Below, piece after piece: positions 8,715-15,474 of a DNA stretch of 15,474 bases. The stretch's first letter is position 1. The number at the start of each line of letters is the position of its first letter. Position numbers and translations under genes: made by a program. This stretch comes from an uncultured delta proteobacterium. GTDB taxonomy: Bacteria; Desulfobacterota; Desulfuromonadia; Desulfuromonadales; BM103. The notes below the pieces were generated by a model, which ran no database searches, was not told the DNA's origin, and saw only the letters and a list, made by a program, of their open reading frames with translations. The stretch covers positions 1-15,474 of the forward strand of contig CAVQRZ010000038.1 in assembly GCA_963715335.1 (NCBI GenBank), given 5' to 3'.

Positions 8715-10493
8715 TCAGCGGTTCACTGGCAATTCGACGGTAAACACGCTCCCTTCACCGAGCGTGCTCTCAACGTGGATCTGCCCACCATGTGACTGGA
8801 CTATATGCTTGACGATCGCCAGACCCAGGCCAGTGCCACCGAGTTTCCGACTGCGGGCTTTGTCAACTCTGTAGAAGCGTTCAAAGAGCCTGGGGAGGTG
8901 CTCCCTGGCGATACCCGTTCCCCAATCCTGGACCCGGATGGCGGTCATCGATCCTTCAGTTTTGGCTGAAAACAGAACCCGGCCGTTCTGGTTGCTGTAT
9001 TTGATGGCGTTGTCGACCAGGTTGACCAGGGCTTGCTCGAGTAGTGGGGCGTTTATCTGCACTTCTATGTCGTCAGGGCATTCCATCTCAAGCACAACCT
9101 GCCTCTCTTGCGCTTTGATCATGCAAGCCTGCACTGTGCTGAGAAAAACTGTGCGAAGCTGATTCGTGGTGAGTTCGATACCGTCAATTTCTTCATCCCG
9201 TTCGATGCGCGACAGAGCCAGCAGGTCTTCGATGATGGCGTTGAGACGATCAGACTGGCGTGTGATGATATCGATGAATTTTTGGGCACTTTGTGAGTCT
9301 TCCAAGGCGCCAGCGAGCAGTGTTTCGGCAGAACCCTTGATCGCCGTGATCGGGGTCTTGAGTTCGTGCGAGACATTCGCAACGAAGTCGCGGCGGATAT
9401 TTTCCAGGCGTTGCAGGCGCGTCATATCGTTGAGGACCACAACCACACCAATTTCCTTGCCGCCGGAGTCTCGCAGCGGGGTCCCGTGAGCCTGCAGAAA
9501 CAGCTCGTTGCCTCGAATCGCTAGTTTTACATCGGATTCAATTTGCTGTTGGCTTTTGAGTGCCTGGGTAATGAAGTTTTGCAGGTCTGGTTTGCGGATG
9601 ACCTCCTGGATGAGGCGGCCGGTGCATGTCTCCGAATCGAGATTAAGCAGGTCGGCGGCGCTCTGGTTGATACGCAGGATTCGTTCATCCTTATTGACGG
9701 CGAGAACACCTTCCATCATGCTTGCCAGTACAGCCTCCTGCTCGTTGCGCTGCCTCAGGACGGTACGGATGCGGTCATCGAGTTGGGCTGCCATCTGGTT
9801 CATCGCCTCGGCCAAGCCTCCCATTTCCTCCCCACTGTAAATAGGCAACCGTCCTGCAAGCTCTCCACGGGCAAATCGCTGAGCGCCGCGCTTCATCTCT
9901 TCTAGCGGGCGGCTGATACGCCGGGAAAGCCACAGGCTGATCAATGCGGCGACCAGGGCGATGGCCAGACCACTTTTCACAGCCGGATAGAGGGCTGATT
10001 CGAAAGTACGGTTCAGGGTATTTAGCGGCAACGCAACTCTGACGCAACCCACGATTCCGTTGTTTTCGAGTACTGGCAGGGCGGCATACATCATGTTTTG
10101 CTGTAGCGTGTTGCTGAAGCGGGTAGCCACTCCGATTTCCCCGCGGAGCGCCATGATGACTTCCGGACGTTTGGCGTGATTGTCCATGCGCACGGCATCC
10201 TCGACGGAATCTGCAATGACTCGGCCATCAGGGAGGATGAAGGTCAGACGGGTTCCTGTTTTGCTGCCAAGTCTCTTGCTTAGAGCGTCAAGGTAAGCGG
10301 TATGTTGACTCTCCATAACACCTTTAGCCTGGGGGATGACCAGCTGAGCCCGGGCAATCAGGTCCTTCCTTGTCTCCTGGCTGTAGAAGGCGTCAAGGGA
10401 ATGGCTGAAGGTCCACGTGACGCTTATTAGCGCAATCAGGATGATCAGTAGAAAAGGAGGATATATTTGCCAGACAAGGCGTTTTGAGGCCAT
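8715..10493 (-). CDS. phoR: Phosphate regulon sensor histidine kinase PhoR (TM-periplasmic-TM-HAMP-PAS-HisKA-HATPase)
   Basis: H-box FVANVSHELKTP, N-box NLVDNAIKY, G1 DWGTGI, FERFYRVDKARSR and G2 GGTGLGLAIVKH. Lies between phoB and pstS. Confidence 0.93.
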   Translation of the reverse strand: MASKRLVWQIYPPFLLIILIALISVTWTFSHSLDAFYSQETRKDLIARAQLVIPQAKGVMESQHTAYLDALSKRLGSKTGTRLTFILPDGRVIADSVEDAVRMDNHAKRPEVIMALRGEIGVATRFSNTLQQNMMYAALPVLENNGIVGCVRVALPLNTLNRTFESALYPAVKSGLAIALVAALISLWLSRRISRPLEEMKRGAQRFARGELAGRLPIYSGEEMGGLAEAMNQMAAQLDDRIRTVLRQRNEQEAVLASMMEGVLAVNKDERILRINQSAADLLNLDSETCTGRLIQEVIRKPDLQNFITQALKSQQQIESDVKLAIRGNELFLQAHGTPLRDSGGKEIGVVVVLNDMTRLQRLENIRRDFVANVSHELKTPITAIKGSAETLLAGALEDSQSAQKFIDIITRQSDRLNAIIEDLLALSRIERDEEIDGIELTTNQLRTVFLSTVQACMIKAQERQVVLEMECPDDIEVQINAPLLEQALVNLVDNAIKYSNQNGRVLFSAKTEGSMTAIRVQDWGTGIAREHLPRLFERFYRVDKARSRKLGGTGLGLAIVKHIVQSHGGQIHVESTLGEGSVFTVELPVNR

Positions 10494-10610
10494 TAGAAAA
10501 AACTCAAAGCTTTATGCTGTAAGTTGTAAAGAAACCAGCCGGGAAATATTATCAGTTATTACAGGTTGTGACTATAGGTTTTTGCGCCCCTCTGATTACG
10601 TACTTTTACA

Positions 10611-11303
10611 TCATTCCTTAAGCCTGTAGCCAACTCCGCGTACGGTCTCGATGTAATCTCCACAAACGCCGAGCTTTTTCCGAAGTCCGACGATCTGCAC
10701 GTCAACGGCACGGTCTGTGACCGCGTAGCCTTCACCGTGTACGGCGTCGACTATCCTGGAACGACTGAATACCCACCCCGGTCGCGAAGCCAGCAAACAG
10801 AGTATTTTGAACTCGGTATAGGTAAGCTCCACGTCCCGGCCGTCGGCGACGACCTTGTTGCGGCCCGGGTGGATATACAGCTTGTGAACCTCGATCGGCG
10901 GCTCCTGCTTCCGATCGGTTGCCGTTTTGGTCTTGCGACGGAGGACGGCATGAACCCTGGCGAGAAGGACCTGGGTGCTGAAAGGCTTGGGCAGGTAGTC
11001 ATCAGCCCCCAGTTCCAACCCTTTGACGACATCATGTTCTTCCCCTTTGGCCGTCAACATGATGATCAGGCAGTCTTTCGTTTCCGGGGCAAGACGCAGT
11101 TTTCTGCAGACGTCGAGGCCATCCATCCCCGGTAGCATCAAGTCGAGAAGAATCAGTCCAGGATTGATGTCCCTGGCTTTCTTTAATCCGTCTTCCCCGG
11201 TTGTCGCACATTCCACGCGAAATCCTGCCTTGACCAGGTTGAAATGGATCAAGGCCAGAATATCTTCCTCGTCTTCTATGACCAGTATCTTGTCTTTACT
11301 CAT
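10611..11303 (-). CDS. phoB: OmpR/PhoB-family DNA-binding response regulator
   Basis: Receiver domain (IEDEED, LLDLMLPGMDG, MLTAK, KPFS) plus winged helix (LTYTEF, RAVDVQI, IETVRGVGY). Context upstream of phoR-pst. Confidence 0.92.
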   Translation of the reverse strand: MSKDKILVIEDEEDILALIHFNLVKAGFRVECATTGEDGLKKARDINPGLILLDLMLPGMDGLDVCRKLRLAPETKDCLIIMLTAKGEEHDVVKGLELGADDYLPKPFSTQVLLARVHAVLRRKTKTATDRKQEPPIEVHKLYIHPGRNKVVADGRDVELTYTEFKILCLLASRPGWVFSRSRIVDAVHGEGYAVTDRAVDVQIVGLRKKLGVCGDYIETVRGVGYRLKE

Positions 11304-11352
11304 TCGAGCGTCTCTATGTTTGGAAGTGTTTTCCTAGTAGCTACCGATCAAT

Positions 11353-11370
11353 TGTTAGGATTTTATTAAA
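11353..11370 (-). promoter_or_regulatory. Pho-box-like site upstream of phoB (autoregulation)
   Basis: TGTTAGG at 11353 and degenerate TATTAAA 11 bp away (11364). The 12-mer ATTGTTAGGATT (11351-11362) is identical to 8637-8648. Confidence 0.65.
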
Positions 11371-11446
11371 GTACCTTCTTTTATCACCTTTGGCGACGAT
11401 TTTCCCACTTTTCTGGACGGAATCACACTCCTTAAACTCTAGAGAA

Positions 11447-11475
11447 AATAACAAAACTCTGACCGTTTGCTAATA
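11447..11475 (+). promoter_or_regulatory. Pho-box-like array oriented toward the small Cys-rich ORF
   Basis: AATAACA (11447), TCTGACC (11458) and GCTAATA (11469): degenerate CCTAACA copies at an 11-bp period on the + strand. Confidence 0.5.
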
Positions 11476-11529
11476 AATCTGTGGCGCAATAGTTTTAAAA
11501 CAGCAGATAGATGAACTGAGGGAAAACAC

Positions 11530-11772
11530 ATGATGACACCAACAACTAAAATACCTTCACGACGGGCAACTGAAAACGTGTGCCCGGAATACGAATGCGG
11601 CAGAGTAGTCTGCCTCGCAGCAACAGGGCTTATGATACTCAGCCGCCATCAGCAAAAGCGTTACTGTGCTACCTGTGATTACGACAATTGTCCGATCTAT
11701 CTTGGTAAAGCCCTTCGGTCCTCACGAGGTCACGGCTACTTCGGTGAGACGCTGGTCAACAGTGGAAAATGA
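11530..11772 (+). CDS. Small Cys-rich hypothetical protein (80 aa; putative metal/Fe-S binding)
   Basis: GAGGG RBS 7 nt before the ATG. Six Cys, including two CPxY motifs. Fills the gap between phoB and the PAP2 gene and is followed by a + strand terminator. Confidence 0.75.
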   Translation: MMTPTTKIPSRRATENVCPEYECGRVVCLAATGLMILSRHQQKRYCATCDYDNCPIYLGKALRSSRGHGYFGETLVNSGK

Positions 11773-11803
11773 TCTGACTGACAGCTGACTTCTGAAGGTA
11801 CAC

Positions 11804-11839
11804 CAACAAAAAGGTCGCACGCTTGTGGCCTTTTTGTTG
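11804..11839 (+). terminator. Intrinsic terminator after the Cys-rich ORF (possibly bidirectional with the convergent PAP2 gene)
   Basis: CAACAAAAAGGTCGCA-cgct-TGTGGCCTTTTTGTTG. Two G-U wobbles pair only in a + strand transcript. Confidence 0.78.
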
Positions 11840-11956
11840 TCTGTGCCGAAGCCTGGCTTGCTTGCGGTCAAGGAACAACAAAATACCCCTGTCGGCCGGT
11901 GGTCGGCAGAGGGCTGCATGGGTCAGGCCGAATCGTCACAGCAAAGAGAGCTGCGA

Positions 11957-12514
11957 CTAGAGGATGTAACAGCCGATCGTCAATCCGACACTGCCCCCAA
12001 GGACAGCGCCGACGAGGACATCCGTTGGGTAGTGGAGGCCGAGGAAAATTCTCGATAAACCGATCAGAGTTCCGATCACCAGGTAAACATGGCTGAGCAT
12101 GGGCAGGCCGACACACAGTACGCCCCAAACGGCGAAAGCCGTCATGGTGTGTCCTGACGGGAAGGAAAACTTGTCTGGCGGAGCCATCAAGCAGGTGACG
12201 CCTACCCATGCTTCGAATGGCCGGGGTCTGCCGATCAGGTTTTTGATGCACATGAACAGCAGTATGGAGAGACCCACTGACAGAGTCGCTGCAAAAGCAA
12301 TCTGTCGAGCGTATCCGCTATTGATCGCCAGCAGGCCTGTCCCGGTTGCAACCCAGAGCGGTCCGTCTCCAAGGCGACTTGCAGTTTTGAAGATCCAGGT
12401 GAGCCAGGGCAGTCTGCGTAATGAGCAGAAACGTTCCATCACAGTCACTTCAAAAGCCGTTATGTGGCTGGCGTAATAAAGCGACAGGTTTTTTAGGGAA
12501 ACGGGTCGGTTCAA
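11957..12514 (-). CDS. PAP2-family (type 2 phosphatidic acid phosphatase) membrane lipid phosphatase
   Basis: Complete catalytic motifs K-x6-RP (KNLIGRPRP), PSGH and SR-x5-H-x3-D (SRIFLGLHYPTD). Probable start is TTG at 12514, with GAGGGGG 7 nt upstream (ORF-track ATG at 12538 is the alternative). Confidence 0.9.
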   Translation of the reverse strand: MNRPVSLKNLSLYYASHITAFEVTVMERFCSLRRLPWLTWIFKTASRLGDGPLWVATGTGLLAINSGYARQIAFAATLSVGLSILLFMCIKNLIGRPRPFEAWVGVTCLMAPPDKFSFPSGHTMTAFAVWGVLCVGLPMLSHVYLVIGTLIGLSRIFLGLHYPTDVLVGAVLGGSVGLTIGCYIL

Positions 12515-12545
12515 GATGTCACCCCCTCTAGTTATCATGACAGCG

Positions 12546-12589
12546 AGGGTATCGTGGCCTTGTTAGGTACAGGTTCGTAGGTTGTTTAT
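12546..12589 (-). promoter_or_regulatory. Pho-box-like array and -10 element upstream of the PAP2 gene
   Basis: TGTTAGG (12561), GGTTCGT (12572) and TGTTTAT (12583) at an 11-bp period. TACCCT -10-like hexamer 9 nt downstream (12551-12546). Confidence 0.6.
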
Positions 12590-12629
12590 TTTTGATGAAT
12601 ATTTGATGATGTAATGCTGGAGTGAATGA

Positions 12630-13817
12630 TCACGCAGCTGATTTGTCCGTTTGAATCAAACCCGAAGATTCGTTTGGCAAAGAGGCTGCGAGATCGCGAT
12701 ATCGATTACGTATGCCGCTCATAATTTGCTCCCATGTTTGACCCTCAGCGTAAATCCTGGCCTGACGACCCATTCTGCGTCTGGCGTCGGTGTCTCTGAG
12801 TATCCCTTGCATCGCCGCAGCCAGCGCCTGGAAGCTGGTCTCACTGACCAGCCGCCCGGTGACCTGATCCTCGATGATGTCTTTCGGCCCTTGCACATCA
12901 TAGGCAACTACCGGTAAGCCTGATGCCATTGCTTCAAGAACGACATTGCCGAATGTTTCACTCAATGATGGAAAAACAAAAAGGTCGCTGGAGGCGTACA
13001 TTCTGGCCAGTTCCTCGCCATAGCGATAGCCGGCAAATATCACCTTTGGCGCGTGTCGCGATTCGAGCCTCGTCCGCAGCGGGCCGTCGCCGATCAGAAG
13101 CAGGTGGCAGTTGTCGCAACCAGCCAGCTCCTGCCAGGCATCGAACAGCATTTCGAGGTTCTTTTCGTTGGCGAGCCGGCCAGTATATGTGATCAGGTGG
13201 TCTTCAGGTTCGACGCCGAGTGCTTTACGTAGTTCATTATCACGTTTCGCCGGGTTGAAGCGGTTATTGTCGACACCGCGACTCCAGATGCCGACATTCC
13301 TGAAGCCTTTGTCTTCGATCAACTCCCGGGTCGAATCCGACGGGCAGAAGGTCGCCCGGGTGTTGTTGTGAAACCAGCGCAGGTAACGCCAGCAGATCGG
13401 TTCCAGGAAACGGGCATTGTACGTTTGCAGATACTGCGGGAAGTTGGTGTGATAGGAGCTCACAATCGGCACTTTCATACGTTTTGCCGCACGTAATGAA
13501 GCCCAGCCGAGCGGCCCCTCCGTGGCGATATGAACCAGGTCGGGACGAAAGTCGCTCAAAGCCCTTTCAACCATGCCGACCGTGACCATCGGCAGGACCA
13601 CCTCCCTGTAAAATGGCAGGGGGAGAGACCACCATTCACGTTTTTCCACATGGGCCGAGAGCGGTGTGGAATTTTGATCGTAGCTCGGCAGCAGAAGCTG
13701 GATTCGGTCGCCTCGTTCGGAACAGTGGCGAACCAGTTGATCGAGGGTCCTGGAAACGCCGTTGACCTGGGGAAAGTAGGTCTCGGTGACCAGGCTGATA
13801 CGGAGATTGCGACTCAT
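12630..13817 (-). CDS. GT4-family (GT-B fold) glycosyltransferase, glycolipid synthase-like (Agt/SqdX-related group)
   Basis: N-terminal RISLVTETYFPQVNGVSRTL, HIATEGPLG, SYHTNF, GRLANEKN and E-x7-E (ETFGNVVLEAMASG). Probable start is ATG 13817 (AAGGG 8 nt upstream) or 13823, rather than 13916, which overlaps the kinase. Confidence 0.9.
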   Translation of the reverse strand: MSRNLRISLVTETYFPQVNGVSRTLDQLVRHCSERGDRIQLLLPSYDQNSTPLSAHVEKREWWSLPLPFYREVVLPMVTVGMVERALSDFRPDLVHIATEGPLGWASLRAAKRMKVPIVSSYHTNFPQYLQTYNARFLEPICWRYLRWFHNNTRATFCPSDSTRELIEDKGFRNVGIWSRGVDNNRFNPAKRDNELRKALGVEPEDHLITYTGRLANEKNLEMLFDAWQELAGCDNCHLLLIGDGPLRTRLESRHAPKVIFAGYRYGEELARMYASSDLFVFPSLSETFGNVVLEAMASGLPVVAYDVQGPKDIIEDQVTGRLVSETSFQALAAAMQGILRDTDARRRMGRQARIYAEGQTWEQIMSGIRNRYRDLAASLPNESSGLIQTDKSAA

Positions 13818-13839
13818 CTGCATTGCCCTTGATAAGATG

Positions 13840-15039
13840 TCAATTGATCGCCTGTAATGGAAAGGAGACACGAAAGGAGCTGCCATGGCCCGGCGCGCTC
13901 TCGACAGTGGCCTCACCGCCCATCGCCTTGCTCAATATGCTCACAGCATGCAAGCCGATGCCGCTGCCCCTGACGTTGTCCCGGTGCTGCGCGGAACGGT
14001 AGTATGGCTCGAAGATCTGCTGCTGATCTTCCAAAGAGATACCGGGGCCATGGTCCTTGACGATCAGCTCAAGGCGGCCTCTCGAACGGCTGCAGACCAG
14101 GGTGATGGTCTGACCGTTCGGACCGTATTTGATCGCGTTGTCAACCAGTGCCGAAACAATAATTTTCAAGGCGGTACGATTCAGACGGACGAATTCAGAA
14201 CTGATCTCTTTAATATGGTTCAGCGTCATGAACTTCTGTTTTGCCGGGGCTTTGTACACCTTTACGATTTCGTCGATCAGGTCGGATGCGTCGAAGGCTT
14301 CCGTGTGCAACGGCAGCCCTCCGTTTCCAACCTGGCGAATCAGAAGGACTTCTTCCGCAAGCGTCTGGAGGTAGCTGGCGCTGCGATAAATGGCATCCCT
14401 GCAGGTTTGAAATCTGCGGTGGTCCGGATCCTTGTGCAGCAGTTCCGTGTACCCGTTGAGGATCAATAGCTGGTTGCGCAGCTCATGAAAGAGCAGGTGA
14501 TGCATGTCGAAAGCTTGCTGCTCCTTGTTCTGCAGCGCCTTGATGCGTTTCCCCAGGGCAACGGCCTGACGTCTGCGCCGAATCAGGTTGCCTGCCTGCA
14601 GAAGGACTTCGCGGATCGCATAAGGCTTGGGCAGAAACGCATCGGCACCGAGCTCGAGACCGCGATACTTATCGTGCGGAGAGTTCAGTGCCGTGAGCAT
14701 GATAACCGGGATGTCCGAAACGTTGGGGTCGGGATGTTGCCGAAGCAGTTTGCAGACCTCCCAACCGTCCAGATCGGGGAGCATGATGTCGAGCAGAATT
14801 AGGTCCGGGTGCTCGCTGCCAATAGCCCGGCAGGCGGTCAGGCCGTCTTCGGCTCGCAGGACATTGTAGCCCGCTTTCTGCAGAGAGTGTGCGAGGGGCT
14901 CGAGGATCTCGGGTTCGTCTTCGACAACCAGCACGCGATCGGGAACTTTCGGTGTCGTTCCCAATTTTTGTTCATTTCGATCGGACTCGCCTGGTTGACC
15001 GGTCACAGCGGCCAGAGTGCGATGGTTAATCCTTTTCAT
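13840..15039 (-). CDS. Cytoplasmic hybrid response regulator/histidine kinase (REC-HisKA-HATPase_c)
   Basis: Receiver domain VVEDE...LLDIMLPDLDG...MLTA...KPY. H-box FHELRNQL; LVDNAIKY, DHGPGI and GSGIGL. No TM or sensor domain. Probable start is ATG 15039, overlapping the end of the upstream peptide ORF. Confidence 0.9.
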   Translation of the reverse strand: MKRINHRTLAAVTGQPGESDRNEQKLGTTPKVPDRVLVVEDEPEILEPLAHSLQKAGYNVLRAEDGLTACRAIGSEHPDLILLDIMLPDLDGWEVCKLLRQHPDPNVSDIPVIMLTALNSPHDKYRGLELGADAFLPKPYAIREVLLQAGNLIRRRRQAVALGKRIKALQNKEQQAFDMHHLLFHELRNQLLILNGYTELLHKDPDHRRFQTCRDAIYRSASYLQTLAEEVLLIRQVGNGGLPLHTEAFDASDLIDEIVKVYKAPAKQKFMTLNHIKEISSEFVRLNRTALKIIVSALVDNAIKYGPNGQTITLVCSRSRGRLELIVKDHGPGISLEDQQQIFEPYYRSAQHRDNVRGSGIGLHAVSILSKAMGGEATVESAPGHGSSFRVSFPLQAIN

Positions 15040-15142
15040 ACTGCTCGACCAACTTGCGGGCGGCAAGCCTGGCTTGATGGTAGTTGAAGATACCAATAGC
15101 GATTAACACGACAAGATACAGAATCAACATTACGTAAGTCAT
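15026..15142 (-). CDS. Unannotated 38-aa single-pass membrane peptide MTYVMLILYLVVLIAIGIFNYHQARLAARKLVEQYEKD
   Basis: Translated by hand (below the ORF-track cutoff). AGGAGG SD at 15160-15155, 12 nt before ATG 15142. About 19-aa hydrophobic stretch followed by a basic/amphipathic tail. The last codons overlap the kinase start (TATGAAAAGGATTAA). Confidence 0.72.
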   Translation of the reverse strand: MTYVMLILYLVVLIAIGIFNYHQARLAARKLVEQYEKD

Positions 15143-15174
15143 TGGTTCTCTGGACCTCCTGTTTTTTATTAAGA

Positions 15175-15229
15175 ATAATGATGCAGGGGTGTTTCTGCTT
15201 TGTTATGAAATCAATGATGTTGTGTTAAT
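15175..15229 (-). promoter_or_regulatory. Pho-box-like array upstream of the peptide-kinase-GT4 operon
   Basis: TGTTTCT (15190), TGTTATG (15201) and TGTTAAT (15223) sit on an 11-bp lattice (the 15212 position is degenerate). CATTAT lies 9 nt downstream (15180-15175). Confidence 0.55.
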
Positions 15230-15381
15230 TGTGTCGCCTCAGGACACTGAGTGTCGTTGGGGGGTAGCAGATACGAAGGATTTTTTTAAGATTGACGTAT
15301 GAGGATCCACCGGTTGTGCAGCTTAGGCGCTAGAGATCTGCCTGCGGACAGATAGACTGTGAGGATAACGGTGAAAATGCA

Positions 15382-15390
15382 TGTTATAAT
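15382..15390 (+). promoter_or_regulatory. Extended -10 promoter (TGnTATAAT) for a divergent gene
   Basis: TGTTATAAT is a perfect extended -10, about 45 nt upstream of a GGAG-ATG start. Confidence 0.5.
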
Positions 15391-15434
15391 TCCCTGTATG
15401 CTAGCTATGTGATTGGCATCTATGGAGCCTGGTC

Positions 15435-15474
15435 ATGTTCTTCGAAGCCCCATTGCTCGGAAATTACGCAATAG
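15435..15474 (+). CDS. Probable start of a divergent gene running off the window (MFFEAPLLGNYAI...)
   Basis: GGAG at 15424-15427, ATG 7 nt later, frame open to the window end. Only 13 codons are visible. Confidence 0.4.
   Translation, partial: MFFEAPLLGNYAI

Noticed and set aside
10547..10573. TATTATC/TATTACA/TGTGACT repeats between phoB and phoR
   Set aside because: The spacing is 10 bp and the match to the heptamer is poor in AT-rich DNA, so there is not enough support for an internal phoR Pho box.
11665..11679. CATCD as a heme c attachment site
   Set aside because: It lacks the His of CxxCH and the protein has no export signal.
11774..11795. CTGA(C) short repeats after the Cys-rich ORF
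   Set aside because: Short and irregularly spaced; not a CRISPR or a recognisable operator.
152..15087. Many overlapping antisense or alternative-frame ORFs in the track (e.g. 152-772, 1023-1796, 3647-4336, 13885-14469)
   Set aside because: They are shadow ORFs of well-supported genes in GC-rich DNA, with no family motifs or RBS support.
15231..15255. GTGTC/GACAC nested inverted repeats
   Set aside because: The arms are only 5 bp with no U-tract, so no function can be supported.
1..15474. Mobile element, CRISPR array, tRNA/rRNA
   Set aside because: No transposase or integrase motifs, terminal repeats, repeat-spacer periodicity or RNA-gene signatures were seen.

Overview
This window is a bacterial phosphate-starvation (Pho) gene cluster. 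Its gene style suggests a Desulfuromonadales/Geobacter-like deltaproteobacterium (inference only). The left flank has a 5'-truncated Ca2+/Na+ antiporter (YrbG family) converging on a YitT-family membrane protein. On the minus strand, read right to left, are: an unannotated 38-aa single-TM peptide, a sensor-less REC-HisKA-HATPase hybrid kinase, a GT4 glycosyltransferase and a PAP2 lipid phosphatase (a candidate phospholipid-to-glycolipid remodelling module); then phoB-phoR; then pstS-pstC-pstA-pstB-phoU, with the long forms of PstC and PstA. A small Cys-rich ORF is transcribed divergently from phoB. pstB carries a one-base frameshift near 3223. An 11-bp-periodic heptamer (CCTAACA-like, 7-4-7 architecture) lies upstream of pstS (two arrays), phoB, the Cys-rich ORF, the PAP2 gene and the small-peptide/kinase operon. 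It is a candidate lineage-specific Pho box that would tie the cluster into one regulon. I see no mobile element, tRNA, rRNA or CRISPR array.
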